Source: an archaeon (GTDB lineage Archaea; Asgardarchaeota; Thorarchaeia; Thorarchaeales; Thorarchaeaceae). From it: a stretch of DNA of 32,000 nucleotides. The position numbers and the translations under genes are program-made. Shown here piece by piece: positions 1-8,832 of this stretch. The stretch is from contig JAJRZD010000063.1 of assembly GCA_024275415.1 (NCBI GenBank), positions 1 to 32,000 on the forward strand, in the 5' to 3' direction. Under the pieces are notes generated by a model. The model worked only from the letters and a program-made list of their open reading frames with translations, made no database searches and was not told the origin of the DNA. Position 1 is the first letter of the stretch, and each line of letters begins with the position of its first letter.

Positions 1-134
1 TGATCAAAATATACAAGATTCGCAATGTGAGGGCGTGCAGCCGGATCCCATGTCTTTGGGAGAGGGGGCACCTTACATGAGAAAGCACCCATGGCAGATT
101 TCAATAGGAAGTATGCACCCTCATCGACCTTCAT
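1..134 (-). CDS. 5' part of a hypothetical protein running off the left edge (MKVDEGAYFLLKSAMGAFSCKVPPLPKTWDPAARPHIANLVYFD...)
   Basis: Manual translation: ATG at 134 is preceded by GAGGTAA, and the frame stays open to position 1. A TATA-like TTTATATAT lies about 70 nt upstream. No family recognised. Confidence 0.35.
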   Translation of the reverse strand, partial: MKVDEGAYFLLKSAMGAFSCKVPPLPKTWDPAARPHIANLVYFD

Positions 135-204
135 TACATTTACCTCACATTACAGCCTGCTGCCAGAAGCAGTTTGTGGTGGGTATTAGCCCATACAGTA
201 GAGG

Positions 205-213
205 ATATATAAA
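205..213 (-). promoter_or_regulatory. Candidate archaeal TATA box (TTTATATAT) for the edge-truncated minus-strand gene
   Basis: Matches the TTTAWATA-like consensus and lies in intergenic DNA upstream of ATG 134. Confidence 0.3.
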
Positions 214-367
214 GAAATGTCGCAGGGCGTTTCCTGCTTCATGTTAGCACATCTGACACACAGGTAGGCTTATCATCAGGGGATGTAGACAGCCAATAAT
301 CACAAAAGCATCATCTATTTCAATTCTCGCTGCATTATTCTTAACAATTGGTCAGTATAAGGCGTCA

Positions 368-1039
368 TCATAGAAGTGAGTCAATCTCATTTATCGACTG
401 CATGACATATTTCGCGCCGAGATCCTCCAAGACCTCAGCAGGAGTTTCACCACTGGCAACTCCCCAGAACTCGATGCCTGCACGATGAGCTGCAACACCA
501 TCAATCAGTGCATCTCCTACATAGACCACTTCTGAAGGATGCAAGCCAAGCAGTTCGGTGATATGTAGTAGCCCGTCAGGTTGCGGTTTGGGAGAAGGTG
601 ATTCATGTCGTGTTTGGATCTTCTCGAAATATCGGTCAAGTGGAATCCTTTCGAGAATGATATCCATTGCATGACGGCTGTTGTTTGTAAGAACCGCAGT
701 TCGGATCCCCTTTGACTTGATGTACTGCACGGTTTCTAAAGCGCCTTTGATGAGAGACACGTCTTTCGCAGATGACCGTTCATATGATGCCATCAGGACA
801 TCCAGCTCATCCTGCATAGACTTCCACTCGGCTTCGGAAGTCCCATTTGAGAGGAAGAACTCTTTTGCCTTCGCCGTAGAGGAAGATATTCCATCAGCAG
901 GCTCCAAGAGGTCGGGCGGTAGTCCCTTTTCTATATAGAACCGTTTTGCCTCAGACCGCATCGCTTCAAGTGGCAGAGTAAGTTTTATGATAGTCCCATC
1001 GAGGTCAAAAATCATGGCCTTTGGCATCGGTTGCACCAC
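368..1039 (-). CDS. HAD-superfamily hydrolase, subfamily IA (phosphoglycolate phosphatase-like)
   Basis: Motif I FDLDGT, motif II LTNN, motif III KPQP, motif IV YVGDALID. Confidence 0.9.
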   Translation of the reverse strand: MVQPMPKAMIFDLDGTIIKLTLPLEAMRSEAKRFYIEKGLPPDLLEPADGISSSTAKAKEFFLSNGTSEAEWKSMQDELDVLMASYERSSAKDVSLIKGALETVQYIKSKGIRTAVLTNNSRHAMDIILERIPLDRYFEKIQTRHESPSPKPQPDGLLHITELLGLHPSEVVYVGDALIDGVAAHRAGIEFWGVASGETPAEVLEDLGAKYVMQSINEIDSLL

Positions 1040-1083
1040 ACCTCTTCACCACTCATTCAGTACTTAAGTATAGTCTTCGATAT

Positions 1084-1719
1084 TTATCCATCCCAAACAC
1101 TCCTGATGAAGTTTTCAATGTGATCAGCAACTGACAGTAGGGATGAAACAAAGAAATGATTCTCGTTCTCAATTTGGTATGTTTCAACGTGATCGCCGAT
1201 AAGATTGGACAGAGCATCCATATCGCTGAATGGCACAACAGTATCGGATAGTCCATGAACCAAGAGGACAGGAGGTCTGACCATTCCGAGAGATTCTACT
1301 GGGGTTCCTGTGTCTACTAACAAATCCAACGATGCACTCAACGTAATAATGAAGTCAAGTTTGATTCTGGTGGCTAATGCCAATGCGATAGAACCCCCAT
1401 AAGAATATCCGACAACACCAACTGACCGCACAGCCAGATTCTCATACAGGTATCTGGCAACCTGTATAGCATCATCAAGCGAGCCGGCGGGTTCTTTGTA
1501 AGTCTCTGTGGATGGCATCACTCCTCTGAAATTGAACCTGAGAGTCGAATATCCCATCTGATTAATCGTCTGTCCAACAGATGTAATTACTCGGTCATCC
1601 ATGGTGCCTCCGTAAAGAGGATGTGGATGGAGAAGGAGTACACATCTTTCCGGTGATGTGTCACCCTTATGGAAATGGGCCGGTAATGTAACGTCCTCGA
1701 TTGGAATACTAATCTTCAA
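1084..1719 (-). CDS. Alpha/beta-fold hydrolase (COG2945-like)
   Basis: HPHPLYGGTMDDRV and LRFNFRG segments; nucleophile elbow GYSYG; D in SDTVVP and H in NHFF complete a Ser-Asp-His triad. Confidence 0.85.
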   Translation of the reverse strand: MKISIPIEDVTLPAHFHKGDTSPERCVLLLHPHPLYGGTMDDRVITSVGQTINQMGYSTLRFNFRGVMPSTETYKEPAGSLDDAIQVARYLYENLAVRSVGVVGYSYGGSIALALATRIKLDFIITLSASLDLLVDTGTPVESLGMVRPPVLLVHGLSDTVVPFSDMDALSNLIGDHVETYQIENENHFFVSSLLSVADHIENFIRSVWDG

Positions 1720-1734
1720 CGTTTGCCATCCCGT

Positions 1735-2232
1735 TTACTTGTCAGTGAGGACAATTGCTTTCTTGCATGCTTTTTCGAGTGTGGCAGGTCTTGGAACCTC
1801 CATCCGAGACCCCTGTGCTATGCCTGTAGCGACGGCACCAACATATGGCTGACAAACCGGTTCGCAATACAATCTACCAATCTCGAGGAATGATGCATGT
1901 TGAGGACAAAAGGGGTGATCGGTTTCCACATGGTTCTCAGAGACCCAGTTCGTTTCGATTTTGGTGCCCATTATGTTGCCAATGACTATCCATGCATCTA
2001 AAGCGTCTTTCAATGCAGAATCAAGTCCCAGTCGGTCTTTCAGGGCCTTGGCGTCTTCTTCACCTAATCGTCTGAAGACTTCAGCAACTGCATCAAGTCC
2101 ATCCTGTCCGAACCGTTCTTCCATAACAACTGCGGTCATGGTCATCAGGCGCATTAGATTGTTTCTTAGTTCTGTCACCTTGTTTCCAGCGGGAATGATG
2201 CCTTTTACAGCAGCGGTTCTCATAAGTCCCAT
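1735..2232 (-). CDS. Cys-rich small protein of the ATC-hydrolase/DUF6125-like (V4R-related) group
   Basis: Helical N-half (EERFGQDGLDAVAEVFRRLG) followed by FCP, YCEPVC and ACK cysteines typical of this metal-binding fold. Assigned by pattern only. Confidence 0.5.
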   Translation of the reverse strand: MGLMRTAAVKGIIPAGNKVTELRNNLMRLMTMTAVVMEERFGQDGLDAVAEVFRRLGEEDAKALKDRLGLDSALKDALDAWIVIGNIMGTKIETNWVSENHVETDHPFCPQHASFLEIGRLYCEPVCQPYVGAVATGIAQGSRMEVPRPATLEKACKKAIVLTDK

Positions 2233-2440
2233 TATGACATTCCTCTTATGTTTAGGAGCGTACTGTTACCTATTTAGTGTTCTTATGGACTTCCACAAAC
2301 GTACTGACGACTATCTTCTTTGATGTCCAATAGTTTGCTGAATATGCCAATAGAGAAAAGATGGAATGCATGAATGTTCGGGTGTTGTTTTGATTAGACA
2401 TGGAAACCAATATAGCCAACAATGAAAATGACCATCAGGG

Positions 2441-3466
2441 ATGAACCTATTGTTTGACGAGATTGATAAGGGTAGCATGAAAAGCATGGTCAAGGCATTC
2501 CCGTACATGCTGGGGGCTGTAGAACCGGATATGAAAGTCATCCAGTCCCTTCGTACATTGGACGGGAAATCTATTGCAGGAATTTGCATGGTAGGAATGG
2601 GGGGCTCAGCGATTGCTGGCACTCTATGTCGTGATCTCCTCTCAAGAACCTCACATATCCCATTAGTATGCATTCAGGACTATGACATCCCTCATTTTAT
2701 TGACAAAAATTGGCTGGTCATCGCTACGAGCTATTCAGGCAACACATAAGAAACCCTATCAGCAGCACAACAGGCACTTAGTCGTAGATGCAATATATTC
2801 GCTATTACATCAGGTGGGAAGATTAGTGCGATGATTGATGCTGGAAACACAGTAACGATGCCTTCGGGATTCCAACCTAGAGCGGCACTGCCACTCCTTT
2901 TCACTGTACTCCTACGTCTGCTAGAAACAGTTCTTGGTAGGGAACAGACAGACTTGAAAGCTATTGGAAAGGTGCTCATCGACCGTCAGAGTGCTTGGGG
3001 AGTCAAATACAAGGCTCCTCAGGAGCTGGCACATCGTCTTTACGGACGAATACCGTTGTTCATAGGTACTCGGTTCACGAGTGCCATTGCGTATAGGGCA
3101 AAATGTCAGGTGAACGAGAATGCAAAGTATGCAGCATTCCATTCAGTCTTGCCCGAGGCGAACCATAATGAAATTGAGAGCATCGCACATCTAGGTGGGA
3201 TGAAAGTACAACCTGTGTTCCTTCGGAGTATGACTGAATCTGATAACCTATCACGGCGAATCGATGCCACAACGACAATCTATGAGGAGGCGTTGGGCGA
3301 ATGCATTCATCTGAGGTTTGATGCATCATCAGAGATCGAGGAGATGCTCCAGATGACATACTATATCGACCTATTGTCATTAGAATTAGCCACCTTACAT
3401 AGTGCAGACCCTGTGCCTGTTGAGAGGATATTGAGGCTAAAGGATATCCTCTCAAAGGGCCGCTAA
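2441..3466 (+). pseudogene. Bifunctional phosphoglucose/phosphomannose isomerase (SIS fold) interrupted by an in-frame TAA at 2747-2749
   Basis: GMGGSAIAG, SYSGNT*ETL (canonical SGNTEETL), ITSGGK, GFQPRAAL, KCQVNENAK and PEANHNEIE motifs all lie in one frame across the stop. The two track ORFs (2441 and 2831) share that frame. Confidence 0.85.
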
Positions 3467-3469
3467 TAG

Positions 3470-4018
3470 CTAGAAAGGAAGGCCTGACGGCGGAGTGTCC
3501 CAGCTGAAGGCGATTATTCGCACTGAAGTGCCGACTTGGTCAAAGACCTCGTAGAAGATAGTAAGTTGGACGCTTATCACCCACTCTTCGGAGTCATATG
3601 CATCGAAGAGAAGTTGCTTGTCAGCATCCTCTCGCAATGTTGCGCTTACAGAGAATGTTTGGTTGTAATCGGGATACAGGCTTCGCAAGTCACGAGGGAT
3701 GTCCCGTCTGAAATTCTCATAGTTGATTTTATCATTATTGATGTACACCACAGCGGTCAGATAGCTTATCTTCACATCACCGGGAGCTCCAGGTGGCGAA
3801 TAGATGTTGAAGTACAGACTAAGAGTGGGGTCTATGCTATGGTTTGTCGGATCGAGATTGGATACACGGATGTCATTCAGGCTCACTTCCAGATAACGAG
3901 CCATGGTATAGCTTCCGCTATAGTAGTAGGCACTGGACGCAAGTCCTATGCCGCTGATAATACCCAAAATCATAGTAATGATAATGATAATATTCTGAGG
4001 TTTTGTATCGGCAATCAT
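3470..4018 (-). CDS. Membrane-anchored hypothetical protein with a beta-rich (LEA_2/WHy-like) domain
   Basis: N-terminal hydrophobic helix (IIIIITMILGIISGIGLAS) followed by alternating beta-strand patterns (LSLYFNIYSP, ISYLTAVVYIN). Confidence 0.55.
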   Translation of the reverse strand: MIADTKPQNIIIIITMILGIISGIGLASSAYYYSGSYTMARYLEVSLNDIRVSNLDPTNHSIDPTLSLYFNIYSPPGAPGDVKISYLTAVVYINNDKINYENFRRDIPRDLRSLYPDYNQTFSVSATLREDADKQLLFDAYDSEEWVISVQLTIFYEVFDQVGTSVRIIAFSWDTPPSGLPF

Positions 4019-4083
4019 GTTCCGTCATCATTCTTCTGATAACGCATGAATATCTTAGTTGCGTTCAAGGCATGTTGCATGGA

Positions 4084-4953
4084 TCACATGATAAGGAGTG
4101 GGAGTATGGAGATATGGATTATCCAAGGCACCAATGCCAGTAATACCGGCACAGGAATGCTTGGTAGGATCTCATCCTTCCTTACAAGCACAATGCTGTT
4201 AATGACAATTCCTGTAACAGCCAGCATCATAGACATTGCCCATACAAATAGTGGGAAGAAAGCGAAGCCATGTGCAGACAGCAGGGAGAACGCGATATAA
4301 TCGCCAACACCTATAGTAGTATTCTCTGATTGTATCCGTGTATAGTCAAAAGGATCCTCGCCTATTCTTCCCGATAGCATGGCAGTTTCAGCAACTGGTG
4401 AATAGCGAGTGAGGAGAAAGTCCTCTACTGTCAAAGTGACCAGAAGCACGAACATAGTGGATGTGACCATTGTGACACCAAGGAAGATGCCAAAGATACT
4501 GCCATAGAATGCCACGAATAGATTCCTAAGAGAAGAGGGGAAAGCGTCCATCAGTATCATGGCAAGGGACAGCATGGCAACCCCTAGGGACACCATAGAG
4601 AGTAGCCCATGAAGGACGTTAGTAGTGCCTTTGAAAAGGATAAGAAGAAATGCCTCGCCCAGAAAGATGGACACGAAGTAAAGAATGGGTGATACCATGA
4701 ACGCGATCATCAATCTCTTGGCAACCTTTCCCCTACGCTTCATCAACGTAAAAAGGGAAAAAATCACAAGCGTGCCAATGGTGATTGAGAAAATGGATTG
4801 AAGCACAAGGTCAAGAAGAGTATAACTCCGTGTGCTCCCCACAAATTCACCTATGACTGAAGAATCTAGTATCAATGCTGCGAAACCAGACCCGAAAACG
4901 AGAGGTAGTGAAGAAAGAATAATCATTACAAGTTGATTCCGCGTGATGGTCAT
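4084..4953 (-). CDS. Presenilin/SPP-like GxGD intramembrane aspartyl protease (MEROPS A22-like)
   Basis: About nine TM segments; first Asp in TLTVEDFL; GVGD motif at 4300-4311; C-terminal LPSIP at the position of the PAL motif. Alternative TTG start at 4962. Confidence 0.7.
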   Translation of the reverse strand: MTITRNQLVMIILSSLPLVFGSGFAALILDSSVIGEFVGSTRSYTLLDLVLQSIFSITIGTLVIFSLFTLMKRRGKVAKRLMIAFMVSPILYFVSIFLGEAFLLILFKGTTNVLHGLLSMVSLGVAMLSLAMILMDAFPSSLRNLFVAFYGSIFGIFLGVTMVTSTMFVLLVTLTVEDFLLTRYSPVAETAMLSGRIGEDPFDYTRIQSENTTIGVGDYIAFSLLSAHGFAFFPLFVWAMSMMLAVTGIVINSIVLVRKDEILPSIPVPVLLALVPWIIHISILPLLIM

Positions 4954-5020
4954 ACTCCTCAACTAGGGAAGTTATTCATTTTGCTGATTAAAAGCATAGA
5001 GTCTCACGCAAGAATAGACT

Positions 5021-5055
5021 ATGAAAAAGAAAAGGTTAGGGGACATGCGTCCCCT
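5021..5055 (-). terminator. Hairpin AGGGGAC-N4-GTCCCCT plus U-tract after the peptide-binding protein gene
   Basis: 7-bp perfect stem at 5038-5055, followed on the minus strand by CCTTTTCTTTTT, 12 nt after the stop. Confidence 0.65.
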
Positions 5056-5066
5056 TTGTGCTTAAA

Positions 5067-6896
5067 CTATCTCTGTCGAAGCAGGACGTATCCACCAACG
5101 AGGATGACAACCGCTGCGCCCACTGCACCTGCAACTAGTGCAAGGGTAAGCTCGTTCAACAGTCCTCCATCGCCGCCTCCTGCATAGGCTTCGCGGTCAA
5201 GCCCGTAGAAGTAGTTCGGGTTGAATGTCAGCTCTACGAACTCACCAGCAACATAGTCAGACACGTTGAACGGACCAGATGTGACCATCGCCTCATTCGG
5301 TGGGTCTGGATTCCAAAGGTTCCAGTTGTCAAGACCGATGTCCTGGAATACGTGCTTTGGAATGACAGGCTTGTATGCGACAGTGTGTAGGTGCCAGAAC
5401 GACTCACTACCGAACTCGACAATCAATGTGAACGGTGTCGGCGCATAGGCCGCTGTCATCTCAGAGAGATCAGCACCATATGGATTGCCTGGCGCATCTC
5501 GGAAGTAGTTCAGCGAGAATGCGACATCCTCTGCCGTAAGCTGCGTCCCATCAGTCCATGTGGCATTCTGAATCAGGTTGAAGGTGAATCGCGTATATCC
5601 ATCAGGAACGGCAGGATTGTCGGCATGTGTTTCAGCAGTATAACTTTCTGCAAGCCACAATACATCGTTACCGTCCGCATCCTGAGTCATGAGACTGTCG
5701 TAGAGTTCACCCAACACATTCATCGTATAGGCAGAAGAGCTGACCATGAAGTTGAAGGTATCAATATCCAGCGGATTACTCCATCGGAAGGTGCCTCCGA
5801 ATGGGCCACCAAGTGAGCTCTTCAAATGAACCTTGTAGTTGGTCCACCAGCCAGGAACACCGTCACTGACATCGTTAATGAAGCCTTCGAACTTGTCGGT
5901 CCGGTAGGCGGAGAGCAGGATGTTCTCATAGCAGATAATCATTGGAGATTCGTATACCCAAATCCTCTGCATCTCAATAGCTGCCTCATAGACATCATCA
6001 TAGTCTGTTGAGTGAAGCAACTGGTCTCGCCAGGAGTCATAGGATGCATTGCGGAAGTTGGGGAAGTTCCAGTAGGGTTCATCTGCGTATTCTGACCAGA
6101 ACTCGTAAGCGAGCCAGTCAACATCGAAGTTGCTGAATGAGCTTCCAAGGAAGACGATATCATAGTCACCGTGGAAGTAGAGTCTGTTGAGATACTCGTA
6201 GAAGTCTGTTGGGACTGATTTTGCATCAACCCCCAGAGCATTGAGTGCCTCTGCGACTTTCTGTCCGACCTCAATGGCAATGTTTGAAGACTGTGCACAT
6301 TCGACAAGTACATCGAATGGGTCACCATTTGGTGCCTCTAGCCATCCGTCACCATCGCCATCAGCAAAGCCCGCATCCGCAAGCAATTGCTTCCCGAGGA
6401 TGACATTGGACTCGTAGTAAGTGTAGGGCAGCTGACCTTCAATTGAGAATGGGTTCACTTGAGGTACAACGCTGTCCTGTGGGACAGATAGTCCATCCCA
6501 GACGTCATCAGAGATTGCTTCCTTGTCAAGAGCAAAAGCGAGTGCTCTTCGGAAAGCTGTGATATTGAATGGATACTTTGCAGTGTTGATTGTGATGTAT
6601 CCATATCCGTTTCTCAGTACATTTGCGACATCGATATCCTCGGACTGCGTAAGCGTTTCGAGGAAGCTAGGATCGACCATATCACCGATAAGGTCAATCT
6701 CGTTGTCTTGTAGTGCGAGTACTTGCTGGTCGTCTTGGGTGATTACGTTGAAGACAAGTTTGTCAATATATGGTCCGTTCTTCAGTGTACCAGGCACAGT
6801 AGTCTGTGCTGAGATGAAGATCGGAGATACTGCCATCAACATAAAGGCCGCGACGAGTGACAAAGCAAGTGCTCTTTTTGCACGACTGCTAGCCAT
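5067..6896 (-). CDS. Peptide ABC transporter substrate-binding protein (family 5, OppA/DppA-like), circularly permuted, with signal peptide and C-terminal TM anchor
   Basis: PYIDKLVF, FRRALAFALDK, GGTF, WLAESY, WTDGTQLTAEDVAFS and SGPF motifs. Start placed at MASSRAK (6896) because it follows GGAG and gives a signal peptide. A Gly linker plus hydrophobic helix and RQR end the protein. Confidence 0.9.
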   Translation of the reverse strand: MASSRAKRALALSLVAAFMLMAVSPIFISAQTTVPGTLKNGPYIDKLVFNVITQDDQQVLALQDNEIDLIGDMVDPSFLETLTQSEDIDVANVLRNGYGYITINTAKYPFNITAFRRALAFALDKEAISDDVWDGLSVPQDSVVPQVNPFSIEGQLPYTYYESNVILGKQLLADAGFADGDGDGWLEAPNGDPFDVLVECAQSSNIAIEVGQKVAEALNALGVDAKSVPTDFYEYLNRLYFHGDYDIVFLGSSFSNFDVDWLAYEFWSEYADEPYWNFPNFRNASYDSWRDQLLHSTDYDDVYEAAIEMQRIWVYESPMIICYENILLSAYRTDKFEGFINDVSDGVPGWWTNYKVHLKSSLGGPFGGTFRWSNPLDIDTFNFMVSSSAYTMNVLGELYDSLMTQDADGNDVLWLAESYTAETHADNPAVPDGYTRFTFNLIQNATWTDGTQLTAEDVAFSLNYFRDAPGNPYGADLSEMTAAYAPTPFTLIVEFGSESFWHLHTVAYKPVIPKHVFQDIGLDNWNLWNPDPPNEAMVTSGPFNVSDYVAGEFVELTFNPNYFYGLDREAYAGGGDGGLLNELTLALVAGAVGAAVVILVGGYVLLRQR

Positions 6897-7032
6897 TATT
6901 CTCTCTATCTCCTTTCCGAGTCGATTCGGATGAATATCGAGCGATACTAGATAATAAAAGCATTGCGTTGTCAGTGATGACATGAATCATACACCTAGCA
7001 GTCCATTATCTAATAGCAAAAATATAGTATCA

Positions 7033-7063
7033 AAAAAGGAGAAATAAGGCGAGAAACCTCGCC
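7033..7063 (-). terminator. Hairpin GGCGAG-N4-CTCGCC plus U-rich tract after the first OppC gene
   Basis: 6-bp stem at 7048-7063, followed on the minus strand by TTATTTCTCCTTTTTT. Confidence 0.6.
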
Positions 7064-7075
7064 AAATTCGTTTCA

Positions 7076-8656
7076 TCACCGTTCTCGAAGTCGTGGATTC
7101 AAGACCTGATCCAAAGTATGCCCGACAAAGGTGAATGCCAAAGAGAGGATGGTAATCATCATCCCGGGAAAGACGACGACCCACCACGCACCTGCACTAA
7201 AGCCTCCCGAACTCTGAGCATCCGCAAGCATCCTGCCCCAGCTCGGCTGGTTTGGGTCTGTAAGACCAAGAAATGCAAGTCCGGATTCAGAGAGGATTGC
7301 ACCAACGACGCCTAATGTTATGTCTGCGAATAGGATTGGTGTCACATTTGGAAGGATGTGCCTGTAGATGATATAAGTGTCAGAAGCACCAATAGCACGG
7401 GCAGACTCCACATATGCCTTGTTCTTCTCAGCCATGACCTGCGACCGGATCAGCCGCGAGGTCCCAGTCCAGCCGAGAACGGCAATGACCACGATGATGG
7501 TTTCCTGGGCTTGTCCTAGGAACGCCGCAAGAACCATCATCAGCGGGAGTCCAGGGATAACCAGAAGGAAGTCAACAATCCGCATAAGAATCTCGTCAGT
7601 CTTTCCACCAAAGTATCCTGCAGTCATCCCAACTACTACACCTACGATGGTAGAAAGTGCGGTTGCAAGGATGCCAATAGTCAGAGAAATACGAGAGCCA
7701 TACACAAGTTGGCTCCAAGCGTCAGCTCCCTTATCGGTAGTGCCGAGAATACCATAATAATCGCCATAGGGAACCATTTCGAGATTGGTAATAGTAACTG
7801 TAACACTTCCGTTATAGTCACGCCAAGGTTCGCTTCCAAGGAAGTACTCAAATCGTGCAGTTGGAGCAATTCCCACCGCAATTGTAAGGATGTCATCAGG
7901 GTCTTCCTGTGAACCATCCCTCTCAATCATACCTCCCCATCCAGCAGCGATGTCAAAATAGTTCAAGTCTACTCTCCGTGAGATGACATCTTGAGAGTAC
8001 GGAGGATTCGATTGGTAGATTCTCCGCCAATTGCCAGATGAGTCGATCAACCACATATAGACCCTGAACATCAACCCTCCTTCTTCTCGCCCCTGAAAGT
8101 CACCTGTAAGGGTAGTTGCAAATGATAGTGAAATATTGACATCACTTGGGAGGCTATTATAGGTCCAATTGAACGACTGTGTGGCATAGATGAAGCTCTC
8201 GCAATCAGGGAGCTGGCCCTCAGGATCCTTTGTAAAGTTCAACCCCTCCCCGGCAAGATAGTTCCATGTAAGATTCAAATGGGACTCACCAACAGAACTT
8301 CCCGAATCACCGTGGTCATAGGAGAATTGGCTTTGTTGTGGGCCTTCAACTGTGACCTGAGGGTCTTCATCCCAAGAGGGGTCTGGAATTATCTGCTGTG
8401 TAATGACTCCAGTTGGATCAAAGACGGACATCCAGCTGGGTGCAAGAAACGATGGTGCAACCTTATTTGTTGGAGAGGGATCATGTGTTGCAAGTGCGGG
8501 TGCAGTAATCGCCATACCTGTATACAAAAGCAAGATAACAATACCCAACACCCCAATCTTATGCTTGGAGAATTCACCCCATAGGCTGGTAATCCCAATG
8601 TACCAGTTGCTGTCTTTCCAGTCAGTCTTTGCTTCTTTGGACAATCTGAACACCAA
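7076..8656 (-). CDS. Peptide ABC transporter permease, OppC/DppC family, with a large extracytoplasmic insertion (paralog 1)
   Basis: LGTTDKGADAWSQLVYGSRISL, EAA-loop YVESARAIGASD...HILPN, and C-terminal GHTLDQVLNPR. Confidence 0.92.
   Translation of the reverse strand: MVFRLSKEAKTDWKDSNWYIGITSLWGEFSKHKIGVLGIVILLLYTGMAITAPALATHDPSPTNKVAPSFLAPSWMSVFDPTGVITQQIIPDPSWDEDPQVTVEGPQQSQFSYDHGDSGSSVGESHLNLTWNYLAGEGLNFTKDPEGQLPDCESFIYATQSFNWTYNSLPSDVNISLSFATTLTGDFQGREEGGLMFRVYMWLIDSSGNWRRIYQSNPPYSQDVISRRVDLNYFDIAAGWGGMIERDGSQEDPDDILTIAVGIAPTARFEYFLGSEPWRDYNGSVTVTITNLEMVPYGDYYGILGTTDKGADAWSQLVYGSRISLTIGILATALSTIVGVVVGMTAGYFGGKTDEILMRIVDFLLVIPGLPLMMVLAAFLGQAQETIIVVIAVLGWTGTSRLIRSQVMAEKNKAYVESARAIGASDTYIIYRHILPNVTPILFADITLGVVGAILSESGLAFLGLTDPNQPSWGRMLADAQSSGGFSAGAWWVVVFPGMMITILSLAFTFVGHTLDQVLNPRLRER
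7101..7207. repeat. 107-bp exact direct repeat shared with 10091-10197 (3' ends of the two oppC paralogs)
   Basis: Base-by-base comparison; offset 2990. Confidence 0.9.
7366..7441. repeat. 76-bp exact direct repeat shared with 10356-10431 (EAA-loop region of the oppC paralogs)
   Basis: Base-by-base comparison; same 2990 offset. Confidence 0.85.
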
Positions 8657-8784
8657 TAGAAATTTTTCTAAACCAACGCATAGTCGAGTAGATTGCCAAA
8701 ATTCATTTGCTTTATCAAAGTTCCTAACGATGAATATTGTAATTCTGGCTCGTAATTCACGAAAACAAAGAACAAAACGATTTT

Positions 8785-8812
8785 AAAAAATAGGGGGACG
8801 CCCGTAAGGGCG
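8785..8812 (-). terminator. Hairpin CGCCC-N4-GGGCG plus U-tract after the OppB gene
   Basis: Stem at 8799-8812, followed on the minus strand by TCCCCCTATTTTTT. Confidence 0.55.
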
Positions 8813-8832
8813 ACCATAGTTCTCGAAAGCGG

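Noticed and set aside
2311-2673. 120-aa minus-strand ORF, and 35-247 on the plus strand
   Set aside because: The first is antisense to PGI/PMI. The second has atypical composition and conflicts with a better-supported minus-strand start at 134.
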